Part shown: piece after piece, positions 13,103-25,809 of the stretch
Layout: each line of letters begins with the position of its first letter
Numbering within the stretch: position 1 is the first letter of the stretch
Origin: Stegostoma tigrinum
Taxonomy: Eukaryota
Length of the DNA: 64,000 bases
Reading direction: 5' to 3'
Assembly (NCBI RefSeq): GCF_030684315.1
Contig: NC_081362.1
Coordinates: forward strand, 64,522,586-64,586,585
Made by a program: the position numbers and the translations under genes
Notes under the pieces: generated by a model
The model's input: the letters and a program-made list of their open reading frames with translations, nothing else
What the model was told of the DNA's origin: nothing
The model's database searches: none

Positions 13103-13425
13103 TGGGGAGGCAATGGCCGAGTGGTATTATTGCTGGACTGTTCATCTAGAGATCCAGATAACATTCTGGGGACCCCAGGCTCAAATCCCCTCACAGCAAA
13201 TGGTAGAATCTGAATTCAATAAAAATCTGGAATTAAGAGTCCAATGATGACTATGAATCCATTGTCAATTGTTGAGGAAAAACCCATCTGGTCTGGCCTA
13301 CCTGTGGCTCCAGACACACAGCAATGTGGTTGACTCTGAACTACCCGCTAGGCAATTAGGGATGGACAATAATTGCTGTCTAGCCACTGATGTCCTCATC
13401 CCATTAACAAATAAAGGAAAAAAAA
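13103..13425 (+). mobile_element. tRNA-derived SINE sharing its 3' tail with the 32290-33130 LINE family (related copies ~48525-48850, ~52480-52820)
   Basis: tggccgagtgg A-box-like and gctcaaatcc B-box-like motifs, aaaacccatctggt core; tail ggcaattagggatggacaataattgct matches ggcaactaggaatgggcaagaaatgct at ~33058. Confidence 0.7.
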
Positions 13426-13499
13426 TGCATATTCAGATTCTGACTCAATCTATGTTAAAGCTATAATATGGTATTTTACTTTAAGCCTAAGCATGGTTA

Positions 13500-14950
13500 C
13501 TTCTGCAACAAACAGGAGCCAAAGTGAGCCATTCACCCCATCAAGCCTGCCCTGCCATTCAGCAAGATCCTGGTGATCTGCCCAGGCCTCTGCTTTACTT
13601 TAGCCTAGCTCAGCATAGCTGTCAACTTGCTACTCTTCCAAAAAATTATCTTCTTCTCTTTAAATACTTCCAAGTGATCTAACCTCTACAATCTCTTGAG
13701 TAGAAAATTCCAGACATTTGCTACCCTATAGAATGCCTACAGTGTGGAAGTAGGCTGAGTTCACATTGACCCTCCAAAGAGCATACCACCCAGATCCACC
13801 CCCTATCTCTGTAACCCTGCAAGCCAACAGGTCCTGGTGACTCACCTGCCTTTAGTCTCACAAATTTGTCAAATACTATGTCCCTTATGACAGAAACTGC
13901 AATAAGATCTTTTCTCCCATTAGCATTTGTCTTATCTGATATCTTCGCAATGTTTACAATGTCCTCCATTATGAAGACCAATGCAAAATGTTGATTTTAA
14001 TTACCTGCCATTTCCTTATTACCCAATATCAATTTCCCAGTTGCATCCTTGCCAGGTCCTATACTTATTTTAGCTGCTCTCTGCTCTCTTTCTTTATCTG
14101 TATCTTCAGAAGCTCTTGCTGTTTGCTTTTTTATTTTCTGTAAATTTACTTTCAGACCAATTTTCTCCCTCTTTATTAGCTTTTTAGTCATCTGCTGCTA
14201 GTTCCTAACAAGTTCCCAATTCTCTGGTCTGCCACTAGTTTTCACTGTTTCACATGCCTAAGAGTTTGAGTGGAGGATACTCTCCTTCACAGCCTTTGTT
14301 AACCTTGAGAGATGCACCCTTCAATTGACTTGTTTTAACCAGAATAAATTTTTCCTGAATATTCCAAAATATTTGCGAAAATTAAATGTCTTTTGCCGCT
14401 TATCCACAGCTTTTTCCTTCTGTCTATTTTCCAAGCCTGCTTTAGAGAATACTTTCTTCATAACCCTGCAACTGTCCTTATTTTAGTTGAGGACACTGGT
14501 TTCAAATCTTGGTTGCTCTTCTTCAAACTGCATTTGAAATTCCACCATTTTGTGATTGCTATCCCCCCATGAGGATCTTTTGATTATGAGATCTACCTCA
14601 TTGCACATTACTAGATCTAAAACAGTTTTTACCTGAGTGTGTAATATACTTCTGGTAGAAGCAGCTCCTCGATGCACTCTACAAACTCATCATCCATGTC
14701 AGCCTTGCCCCATTGATTGATTCAGTCAATATGTTACTTAAAATCACTTATGACAGTTGCAGTGCCCTCGTTATGCTCATCCATCATTTCCTGACTTCTG
14801 TGCTACAGTAAGATAATTCTCTGAGGCCTACAGAAAACTCCTACCGTGACATTTTTCCTTGCTATTCCTTATTTTCACCCAGACTAATTCCATGTTATGA
14901 TCTATTATACTTATACCACTATCTACCACCAGCACGGATATCTTCCCTTA
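13500..14950 (-). mobile_element. Old CR1 fragment with nested SINE scrap (~13720-13820)
   Basis: LDLVMCNE, DSNHKMVEF, KAGESPGPVG remnants in minus-strand ORFs; CR1-like 3' UTR at ~13510-13700. Confidence 0.7.
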
Positions 14951-17003
14951 TTAACCAAGCAATATACTTCCTTTTCCTTTTGGCCTATTCTTCTGGAATG
15001 TTTGAATACCTTTAAATACTGAGATCCCAGTTCTGGTCACACTGTAGTCACATTGCTGTAATAGCTTTCAATCCATATTCATTTCTTTAACTATTTGTGC
15101 CAGGCTTATATCTAGACTAATGCTGAAAAGTGGAAATAACATTTGCACCGCACAAAATACCAAGCAATGACCATCTCTAGTAAGAGAGGTTTCAACTGTT
15201 GTCCCATGACATTTGATGGCACTACTACCACTATATCCCACACAATAAACATTCTGGGGTTTATCATTCACCAGAAACTGAACTGGTCCAGCTATACAAG
15301 TGCAATGGCTACATGTTAGGAATCTTGCAGGACCATGACCAACAAAATTCTACATCAATGCCATTGTATTGGGGAGCCAATCTTTCAATTCTTTGACAGC
15401 AAGGAACTGGCATTTATATCCATGCTTGCTGCTGTAGTGTTTCTTTATATTATTGAAGTATGCTCTGTATTTGTAGGTCTTTTTTGTGGTAGCACAGGTC
15501 ACTTCTGAGAACCATATCACTTCCCTGAATGCAAGGTCATTCTGAAAGTTGAAATGATTATTTGATGGTTGCTTTTTGTCATATATTTGTTTGAAAACTT
15601 ACCCAGCTGTGGATAAACTGTGGACAGACAAATCAATGACCTTCCTCCCATTACAGAATTGGCATGTGCATCACTTCACTGTCACCAGCTCAATGTTCTG
15701 AAATTCTGACACCATTGTGGACCGCACTGTCATGAAAGAACTGCAATATTTTTAGAAGGATGTCCACCAACATCCCCAGGGCAAGTCGTGATGGACCATA
15801 AATTTACTCCTGCAAGTATTATCAACGTACTTCAACTAAATTCAAAAAAGATACAGACAGGCATATGGGACATTTTCCTTTAACAATATGATATGAATGA
15901 CGATAATGATGAAAACTAATTTTTAAAAGCATTTCAAATTTCTACTGTGACCCAAAAATGCCTATTAACATTTAGTATCCTTAGTTTCTCCTTGTTTAAT
16001 TTCCTCCGTGTTTGTAGCCAAACCACACTGCATTTTTCTGGCTTCTGTAACCAGAGATAATCTTTGTGGGTTATTTTGCTATGTGCCTGACACACTCACA
16101 ATAAGCTGGGTGTATTCTCAGCGCAACACTCAGTTGATTTTCTTAAAGTTTTCCATACACCTTTGAAGTACAAGTCTGGATGTGAGTTATCTTTCTGTTC
16201 CTTCTGTCAGGTGATGATAGTTTATATAAGACATAAATGTCTTGCTCAACCTTTGAGGCAATGTCAACTTCAAACAGCAGCTGAGTGCAGAATAGCCTGT
16301 TTCTTTTTAAATTATGCAGATTCCCAGTTGAACAATCACACACAAAGTTCATGTGAAATGTGCATAAACCCAAATGACAAGAGACAGACACTGTGAGTAA
16401 GTCTTTTTTTTGTGATCAGGACACCAGTATCAACACCAGGGATCGAAATAATTTCTTTACAAGAGCTCATCTTTAGACTTTCTATAGAGCTATTTTCGAT
16501 TATCAAGAGCTCCTTTTTCATTGCCCTCACAATTATTACATGATTCAGTCACATGCCAACAATGCCTTCTGTATTTGTGGTAACTTATTGAGGGATTTGG
16601 ACTCAAACAGATGCAAAATTAGAGGGATTCATCAATAACCGTCGTTGGTTCATTTAATATTAAAGCACAACATACAAGAAAAACACTAATTTTCCTGACA
16701 CCATGCTATTTTAATTGGCACAAGACAAAAGGCATAAGTTAATAACAAGTGATACTTTAAAAAATAACACACATGCACGCACAAAATTCCAGTACCTCTG
16801 ACAAACTTCTTGCGGACTCAAAAGTCACACCTTCATGTTGTTTCTAATACTATGTCTGCCACGAAAGCATGTATGACACTTTCTATGGTGATAACTTGTA
16901 AATCAAAATCTTAGGAAAATGGATCAATATTAAATGATACAATTGATAAATTACCCGCGATAAATTTATACATTACAATTTTCCCCCAACCAGTCATTCC
17001 TGA

Positions 17004-18270
17004 ATAATAAAATGTGAGGCTGGATGAACACAGCAGGCCAAGCAGCATCTCAGGAGCACAAAAGCTGACGTTTCGGGCCTAGACCCTTCATCAGAGAGGG
17101 GGATGGGGAGAGGGAACTGGAATAAATAGGGAGAGAGGGGGAGGCGGACCGAAGATGGAGAGTAAAGAAGATAGGTGGAGAGAGTATAGGTGGGGAGGTA
17201 GGGAGGGGATAGGTCAGTCCAGGGAAGACGGACAGGTCAAGGAGGTGGGATGAGGTTAGTAGGTAGATGGGGGTGCGGCTTGGGGTGGGAGGAAGGGATG
17301 AGTGAGAGGAAGAACCGGTTAGGGAGGCAGAGACAGGTTGGACTGGTTTTGGGATGTAGTGGGTAGGGGGGAAGAGCTGGGCTGGTTGTGTGGTGCAGTG
17401 GGGGGAGGGGACGAACTGGGCTGGTTTAGGGATGCAGTAGGGGAAGGGGAGATTTTGAAACTGGTGAAGTCCACATTGATACCATATGGCTGCAGGGTTC
17501 CCAGGCGGAATATGAGTTGCTGTTCCTGCAACCTTCGGGTGGCATCATTGTGGCAGTGCAGGAGGCCCATGATGGACATGTCATCTAGAGAATGGGAGGG
17601 GGAGTGGAAATGGTTTGCGACTGGGAGGTGCAGTTGTTTGTTGCGAACTGAGCGGAGGTGTTCTGCAAAGCGGTCCCCAAGCCTCCGCTTGGTTTCCCCA
17701 ATGTAGAGGAAGCCGCACCGGGTACAGTGGATGCAGTATACCACATTGGCAGATGTGCAGGTGAACCTCTGCTTAATGTGGAATGTCATCTTGTGGCCTG
17801 GGATAGAGGTGAGGGAGGAGGTGTGGGGGCAAGTGTAGCATTTCCTGCGGTTGCAGGGGAAGGTGCCAGGTGTGGTGGGGTTGGAGGGCAGTGTGGAGCG
17901 AACAAGGGAGTCACGGAGAGAGTGGTCTCTCCGGAAAGCAGACAGGGGTGGGGATGGAAAAATGTCTTGGGTGGTGGGGTCGGATTGTAAATGGCGGAAG
18001 TGTCGGAGGTTGATGCATTGTATCCGGAGGTTAGTAGGGTGGTGTGTGAGGACGAGGGGGATCCTCTTAGGGCGGTTGTGGCGGGGGCGGGGTGTGAGGG
18101 ATGTGTTGCGGGAAATACGGGAGACGCGGTCAAGGGCGTTCTCGATCACTGTGGGGGGAAAGTTGCGGTCCTTAAAGAACTTGGACATCTGGGATGTGCA
18201 GGAGTGGAATGTCTTATCGTGGGAGCAGATGCGGCGGAGGCGGAGGAATTGGGAATGGGGGATGGAATTT
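17004..18270 (-). mobile_element. 5'-truncated Penelope-like element (Neptune-type): RT C-terminus, Cys linker, GIY-YIG endonuclease, 3' terminal repeat with hammerhead
   Basis: Open frame SIPHSQFLRLRRICS...FPCNRRKCYTC...NVVYCIHCTRCGFLYIGETKRRLGDRFAEH...LQPYGIN (ORF 17319-18188); 8-bp TSD ttcctgaa at 16997-17004 and 18270-18277. Confidence 0.92.
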
Positions 18271-19381
18271 TCCTGAACTCTGGCAGCCTTAAGGGAGAAA
18301 CTGCACAGTTATTTGAAAAGAATTAACTACCTCAGTTTTTCTGGTTCCCAATTGGCAGGGTATTCCCTTTTTGAAATGTTTAAACTGCTCTCTCCCCTTT
18401 CCACCCCTTTGCCTCTCTTTCGGATCCATCTCTTCTTTGCAGACATGCTCTCCTTTTCATAAACTATTTCTCCCTTTGCAGTTCCTCTCCCAAATTTACA
18501 GCCTTGCTTCACCTCCATCACCCATGCTTCCGACCTCACCCAAACCACACCAGCTTCATTGCCTGGCCCATGGCCTCACAATTCCACTTCCCATTTGTAC
18601 CTTCCAACAGAATTCATCCTCCCTCCTTCCCCCAGCCTTGTCCCCTCTGACCTCATCTCCTCCAGGCCACCAACGTGTTTCAACTCTCTCCCCACATCCC
18701 GTCAGCCTTGTCCCTGCTGATCCTGTTTGCCACCCTCCCCAGGACTCTTTGCTGGTTTTGGGGTTGAGTTCACCCAAAAAAACCCCTGTGTATTTTATGT
18801 GTTGAACTCCATGTCTGATCAGTCCTGAGGCTCAAGAAAATTTGTGTACATCTGGCCAACAGATGTGTTTTACTGGATGATTCATGTTGTAAGTGGTTAC
18901 CTGTGGCTGGAAGGCCTTCCAACCCGGAGTGATAGCAGCCTCTCTGTTGGAGGCAGGAACTGCTGGTGTAAGGAAGAGAGGAAGGGCACCCCAATAGGTG
19001 TTGGGGGGAAAAACACTCTGAAAGAGTTCCTTAATTTAAAGAAAAAAAAATATAGATCAGAGTTACAGACCTCCAATTTCAAGGGGAAATCCCACCATTG
19101 GGTGGCTCATAGCTATTGCTGTCCATTGGATATAGCCATTATGCAGGTTAAAAAAGGCATTTGCAATGACACTTCCCCAAGCTGCTTCACTGAGGTGGCT
19201 GGGAATCAGCTGCTGGGCCTAACTACTGCCTGGGCATTTCCCCAGTGCCCTCAATGTACAATTTAGGAGACTTCATTGGCTAGCTAGTGCTTGTGGACAG
19301 TTCACTGTCATGCCCACTGCTCCACCCTAACCATTCTCTATTTAGAAGTGTCCAGAAGCAAACAGCATACCATTCCACAGG

Positions 19382-21562
19382 AGATAACAAGATGTAGAGA
19401 TGGATGAACACAGCAGGCCAAGCATCATCAGAGGAGCAGGAAAGCTGATGTAACAGACCTAGACCCTTCTTCAGAAATGGGGGAGGGGAAGGAGGCCCTG
19501 TAATAAATAAGGAGAGAAGGGAAGGCAGATAGAAGATGGATAAAGGAGAAGATAGGTAGAGAGGAGTCAGATTGGTCAAAGAGGCGGGGGTGGATCCAGT
19601 AGAGGTGACCGTAGGTGGGGAGGTAAGGAGGATAGGTCAGTCCAGGGAGGACGGACAGGTCAAGGGGGTGGGATGAGGTTAGTAGGTAGGAGATGGAGGT
19701 GGGGCTTGAGGTGAGAGGAGGGGATAGATGGGAGGAAGGACAGGTTAGGGAGGTGGGACAAGCTGGACTGGTTTTAAGATGTGGTTGGGGGAGGGGAGAT
19801 TTTGAAGCTTGTGAAGTCCACGTCGATACCATTGGGCTGCAGGATTCCCAAGCAGAATATGAGGTGCCGTTCCTGCAACCTTCGGGTGGCATTGTTGTGG
19901 CACTGCAGGAGGCCCAGGATGGACATGTTGCCTAAGGAGTGGGCGGGGGAGTTGAAATGATTCCTGACTGGGAGGTGCAGTTCTTTGTTGAGAACTGAGC
20001 GTAGGTGTTGTACAAAGCGGTCCCTGAGCCTCTGCTTGGTTTCCTGAAGTAAAGGAGGCACATCTGGATCAGCGGATATAGTATACAATATTAACAGATG
20101 TGCAGGTGTACATGTGCTTGGTGTGGAAGGTCTTCTTGGAGCCTGTGATGGGGGTGAGGGTGGAGGTGTAGGGACAGGTGTAACACTTCCTGCGGTTGCA
20201 GGGAAAAGTGCCAGGTGTGGTGGGGCTGGAGGAGAGTATGGAGCGGACAAGGGAGTCATGGAGAGAGTGGTCCCTCCGCAAGGCAGATAAGGGTGGGGAG
20301 GGAAAGCTGTCTTTGGTGATGGGGTCGGATGGCAGATGGTGGAAGTGTCGATCTCCTCAAAAACTTCCTATTGCCCAGTCCCCAACACCTTATCTTTATC
20401 ATGGATGTCCAGTCCCTATACACTTGCACTCCCCCTGCAGATGGTCGAAAGGCCCTCTGCTTCTTCCTGTCCCGCCAGCCTGACCAGTTCCCCTCCACCG
20501 ACACCCTCATCCACTTCACTGAACTCGTCCTCACCCTTAACATATATCCAACGCATCATCCTCTGACATTTCTGCCATCTGCAATCTGACTCCACCACCA
20601 AAGACAACTTTCCCTCCTCACCCTCATCTGCCTTGTGGAGGGACCACTCTCTCCGTGACTCCCTTGTCCACTCCACACTCCCCTCCAGTCCCACCACACC
20701 AGACACTTTTCCCTGCAACCACAGGAAGTGCTACACCTGCCCCTACACCTCCCCCCTCACCCCCATCCCAGGCCCTAAGAAGGCCTTCCACACCAAGCAG
20801 ATGGTCACTTGCAGATCTGCCAATGTGGTATATTGTATCCGCTGTGCCAGATGTGTCCTCCTCCACATTGGGGAATCCAAGCGGAGGCTTGGGGACTGCT
20901 TTGCAGAACACCTATGCTCGGTTTGCAACAAACAACTATACCTCCCAGGTGGGAACCATTTCAACTCCCCCTCCCACTCCTTAGACTACACGTGCATCCT
21001 GGGCCTCCTGCAGTGCCACACGATGCTACCCAAAGGTTACAGGAACAGCACCTCATATTTCGCTTGGGAACCGTGCAGCCCAATATGGACTTCAACAGCT
21101 TCAAAATCTCCCCTCTCCCAACCGCTTCCGAAAACCAGCTCAGTTTGTCCCCGCCTCCCTAACCTTTCCTTCCTCCCACCTATCCCCTCTTCCCACCCCA
21201 TGCCCAAACCCCATCTCCTGCCTACTAGCCTCATCTTGCCCCCTTGACCTGTCCATCCTCCCTGGACTAACATATCCCCTCCCCAACTCACCACCTACAC
21301 TCACCTTTACTGGCTCCACCCCGCCTCTTTGACCTGTCTGTGTCCTCTCCACTTATCTTCTTCTTTATTCATCTTTTGTCCACCTCTCCCTCTCTCCCTA
21401 TTTATTTCATATCCCCCTTCCCCTCCGCCATTTCTGAAGAAGGGTCTAGGCCTGAAACGTCAGCTTTCCTGCTCCTGAGATGCTGCTGGGCCTGCTGTGT
21501 TCATCCAGCTCGACACCTTGTTATGTTGGATTCTCCAGCACCTGCAGTTCCTGCTGTCTCTG
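19382..21562. mobile_element. Older inverted Neptune-type PLE: minus arm ~19382-20350, plus arm ~20350-21562 with RT remnant
   Basis: GIY-YIG remnants on both strands; RT motif IFIMDVQSLYT at ~20390-20425; degenerate TSD ataccattccacagg / atgccattctacaag (19367-19381, 21563-21577). Confidence 0.88.
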
Positions 21563-22639
21563 ATGCCATTCTACAAGGCCAATTTTACATCCTAAGACTG
21601 CCACCCCACCCCCACTTCTGTTCTCCAAACAATCACCAGCACCATCAATTGTCTCCTAGGCAAATCAAAACTTTGGGCCATGCTGCTATCCCCTACATCC
21701 TCTATTTAAGTCTTTTTGTTTGGTTTTTACCTGTTGGAACCATTCCCTGTTAAGCACCGAACGAGCTTTCACTGTGCACTGTGAGTGAAACACTTGTGCT
21801 TCTGTTTCAATGAATAATTATTTCTATTTAAATTTGATTGAAGGTACCCAGGTTCTGTTCTTCAATCATCAGATTTGAAAAAATGGTATTATGCATTATT
21901 TGCACAACTGCAAGACTTGGCACATTGTTATTGACAGTGGAAAAATTGTAAATATTTATTGCAACTGCTTTGCAGTGAAGTAGAAAAATCTGATTTTTGC
22001 GACAGCTATATTAAACACAGTGTAGTGGAAACAATTTATACAGACTGTCTTGCTCATCAATAACAATCAGGTGAGCCTTTCAAATAAGACTGATACCATT
22101 GCTAATTACTCACGGTGCCATGAAACAAGCATTGACACACTTAAATGAGCTATTGTAGTCAAAGAACAGTTAAAGTTCATGGAAAGTTAAATGAAATTTT
22201 TTCATGCAAAGCCTGCAAATTTGCAAGTAGTTATAAAAATGTTCAAATAATGTATCTTTGTGAGCAAGAGCACACATAAAGAAGCAGGTCTTCCACTCAA
22301 TGGCAAGAGAATATGTCAACAGGATGCTGTGAGGTTTAACAGCATGTTGGAACCCTCTCCTAATCTGCATTTTAATTGGAATTTAACGAGTCTAGTGTAC
22401 TACTAGGTTTCAAGTGCTTCAGCCACATCTGGGTCAGATTATTATGTGCACTGTACATTTGATGTTTTGAAGACCTCAGTATCCAAAATGTAAGTCCCCA
22501 ATGCCTGATGAGCGCTACAGATTGGGAAACAGGAATTTGTATCATTCATCTCTAAATTTGTTCAGGAAGAGGTGGAGTACTTTGATGGAGACCTGTAGGT
22601 TCTCTGTGCATCAACGGGAATGTATTGAACTTCCCGTCT

Positions 22640-23450
22640 CATCCATATCTATCTTGTATCAGGATTAGTTTTCATGTGGATGCTGATGACAGCCAGCTGC
22701 TCCGCACACCGCCTGTCTCAACACCTTCACTGTTGCTAAATTTATCAAATTGCTTATCCAAACTCCAGTGCTGTATTAAATCCCCAATTAAATGTTGATT
22801 GAAGCCTCTGTCTTGGTTTCCACTCAAAACTTCATTCCCTATCTGCTAAATTTTACCTTCTTCCTGAAATTGTCTCAGACTAAATCAGATTGTTTGCGGC
22901 CTTGACAATATTATGGACCATGACAAATGCTTTCCACTACATATTTGCCTCAACTCATCTGTTTTGGAATCATGCATTGATGCATGTGTTACTTCTTGTC
23001 TTGACTACTCCAAAGCACATCTGAGTGGTTCTCTCACATTCTACTCTCCTCATGCTTTAGGTTATCCAAAATCCTACCAGGTCCTATCTCGCACCAATTC
23101 CTGTTCCACTATGCTCAAAGACCTACATGGGCTCCTGACCAAGCAATGTTTTGATTTAAAATTCTCTTCCAGTTTGTAAATTCCTTCACAGTCTTGTTCT
23201 CTCCCATTCACTGTATCTCACAATCTCTTCCAGGCCCATAACCTGCCAAAATATCTAAATGCATTGAATTCTGATTTCTTGAGCATCCCAGATTTTAACC
23301 AGTCCACCATTGGTGCCTGTGCTTTCAGGTGCCTAGGCCCCAAACTCTCAAACTGAATCCCTACGTCTCTAAGCTTCATTAATTTCCTTTCAGACATACT
23401 TCAAGACCAACCTCTTCAAACAAGCTTTTGGTAAAATGGCATAACTATTC
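22640..23450 (+). mobile_element. Old L2-like LINE 3' portion (host of the PLE palindrome)
   Basis: ADDSQL, TSCLDYSKA, LKDLHGL remnants; 3' motif ccaccattggtg.ctgtgctttcag also seen at ~2855-2880. Confidence 0.6.
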
Positions 23451-23455
23451 GTATT

Positions 23456-24880
23456 ATAAGATAATAAAATGTGAGGCTGGATGAACACAGCAGGCCAAGC
23501 AGCATCTCAGGAGCACAAAAGCTGACGTTTCGGGCCTAGACCCTTCATCAGAGAGGGGGATGGGGGGAGGGAACTGGAATAAATAGGGAGAGAGGGGGAG
23601 GCGGACCGAAGATGGAGAGCAAAGAAGATAGGTGGAGAGGGTGTAGGTGGGGAGGTAGGGAGGGGATAGGTCAGTCCAGGGAAGACGGACAGGTCAAGGA
23701 GGTGGGATGAGGTTAGTAGGTAGCTGGGGGTGCGGCTGGGGGTGGGAGGAAGGGATGGGTGAGAGGAAGAACCGGTTAGGGAGGCAGAGACAGGTTGGAC
23801 TGGTTTTGGGATGCAGTGGGTGGGGGGGAAGAGCTGGGCTGGTTGTGTGGTGCAGTGGGGGGAGGGGATGAACTGGGCTGGTTTAGGGATGCAGTGGGGG
23901 AAGGGGAGATTTTGAAACTGGTGAAGTCCACATTGATACCATATGGCTGCAGGGTTCCCAGGCGGAATATGAGTTGCTGTTCCTGCAACCTTCGGGTGGC
24001 ATCATTGTGGCAGTGCAGGAGGCCCATGATGGACATGTCATCAAGAGAATGGGAGGGGGAGTGGAAATGGTTTGCGACTGGGAGGTGCAGTTGTTTGTTG
24101 CGAACTGAGCGGAGGTGTTCTGCAAAGCGGTCCCCAAGCCTCCGCTTGGTTTCCCCAAGCGGAGGCTTGGGGACCGCTTTGCAGAACACCTCCGCTCAGT
24201 TCGCAACAAACAACTGCACCTCCCAGTCGCAAACCATTTCCACTCCCCCTCCCATTCTCTTGATGACATGTCCATCATGGGCCTCCTGCACTGCCACAAT
24301 GATGCCACCCGAAGGTTGCAGGAACAGCAACTCATATTCCGCCTGGGAACCCTGCAGCCATATGGTATCAATGTGGACTTCACCAGTTTCAAAATCTCCC
24401 CTTCCCCCACTGCATCCCTAAACCAGCCCAGTTCATCCCCTCCCCCCACTGCACCACACAACCAGCCCAGCTCTTCCCCCCCACCCACTGCATCCCAAAA
24501 CCAGTCCAACCTGTCTCTGCCTCCCTAACCGGTTCTTCCTCTCACCCATCCCTTCCTCCCACCCCCAGCCGCACCCCCAGCTACCTACTAACCTCATCCC
24601 ACCTCCTTGACCTGTCCGTCTTCCCTGGACTGACCTATCCCCTCCCTACCTCCCCACCTACACCCTCTCCACCTATCTTCTTTGCTCTCCATCTTCGGTC
24701 CGCCTCCCCCTCTCTCCCTATTTATTCCAGTTCCCTCCCCCCATCCCCCTCTCTGATGAAGGGTCTAGGCCCGAAACGTCAGCTTTTGTGCTCCTGAGAT
24801 GCTGCTTGGCCTGCTGTGTTCATCCAGCCTCACATTTTATTATCTTGGAATCTCCAGCATCTGCAGTTCCCATTATCTCT
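23456..24880. mobile_element. Palindromic insertion of the young Neptune-type PLE (two inverted 3' halves)
   Basis: Arms 23458-24149 and 24155-24846 are reverse complements; mirrored ORFs 23776-24189(-) and 24115-24528(+); TSD taactattcgtatt at 23442-23455 and 24880-24893. Confidence 0.95.
24753..24780 (+). ncRNA. Minimal hammerhead core of the young Neptune-type PLE (same core at 9812-9839-, 17067-17094-, 23524-23551-, 39974-40001-)
   Basis: CTGATGA-a-gggt-ctag-gccc-GAAA-CGTC: conserved boxes, 4-bp stem II, ACGT palindrome; local stem I only ~2 bp. Confidence 0.75.
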
Positions 24881-24940
24881 AACTATTCGTATTGTTCAGT
24901 GTCATATTTTATTTGTAATGCATAGGTGAATCACCTTGCA

Positions 24941-25018
24941 ATAACAAGGTGTGGAGCTGGATGAACACAGAAGGCCAAGCAGCATCAGAGGAGCAGGAAG
25001 GCTGATGTTTTGGGCCTA
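24941..25018 (-). mobile_element. PLE terminal-repeat scrap
   Basis: ataacaaggtgtggagctggatgaacacag...tgggccta matches the older subfamily end. Confidence 0.75.
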
Positions 25019-25809
25019 TATGTTGCATTAAGGATGCTATACAAATATTAATTGTTTTGATCATGAAATATCATTGCTTATTTGAAACAAAAAAATGTTA
25101 ACGTTAATGCAGCAATGCTGAACATCAACTCTTTCACTAATTTTCTGTGCAAAGCACTGTCATTGTCTTACCATTAAAGTGTATCAGGATGTCATTGTGT
25201 GAAATGAGTAAAGAACAACCTAAGCTGAAGACAGTTTGTGGTAAACAAGTCAGCCTCAAGGACGGTTTCTCCAATGGTTAAGTCTGAGCGCACCGGTGTT
25301 AGGTGTTTAATTATCTTTTTAAATATATTCACTCAACAAGGGGCGCACAAAGCATACACAACAAAGGCTTCCATAGATCTGATTTGCATTTCCTAATACT
25401 CTTGGCCTCTTTATTGTTAGGTCTCCACAGGTAGGATTCCCAAGGCAAAGTGAAAAATTAAATAAATCACAGGCTTCTTTTCAGTATCATTAAACATTCC
25501 ACTGTGTTTGCGCAATTAACTGATTAAGCTTCTAAAGCTTGGATGAAAAGACACAAAGTCTTGCACTGAGATCTTAATCTGCCGAAAGAAGTGACTGAAT
25601 ACTTACAGCTTGTGTACAGTTGGATGACCCTCTGCTCAGCTGCTGCTGCCCTGAAAGGGAGATAGGAGGAGGGGAGGAAAGGGAAAAAAAAACAAAAGAG
25701 GCAATTAAAAAGGCACAAAGCTGATTTTCTTTCTAATTCCCTTAAATTGGCAAATAAATGGTCTTCAGAAAAACACTACCAACCAGGCTGCTGTACTATC
25801 TGTCTCATC

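Noticed and set aside
17319-18188. 289-aa ORF as a host or domesticated GIY-YIG nuclease gene
   Set aside because: It is a 5'-truncated young PLE with TSD and near-identical copies nearby; no promoter or splice evidence.
23776-24528. Mirror-image overlapping ORFs of 137 and 208 aa as bidirectional genes
   Set aside because: They are by-products of the PLE palindrome: endonuclease C-terminus and its antisense frame.
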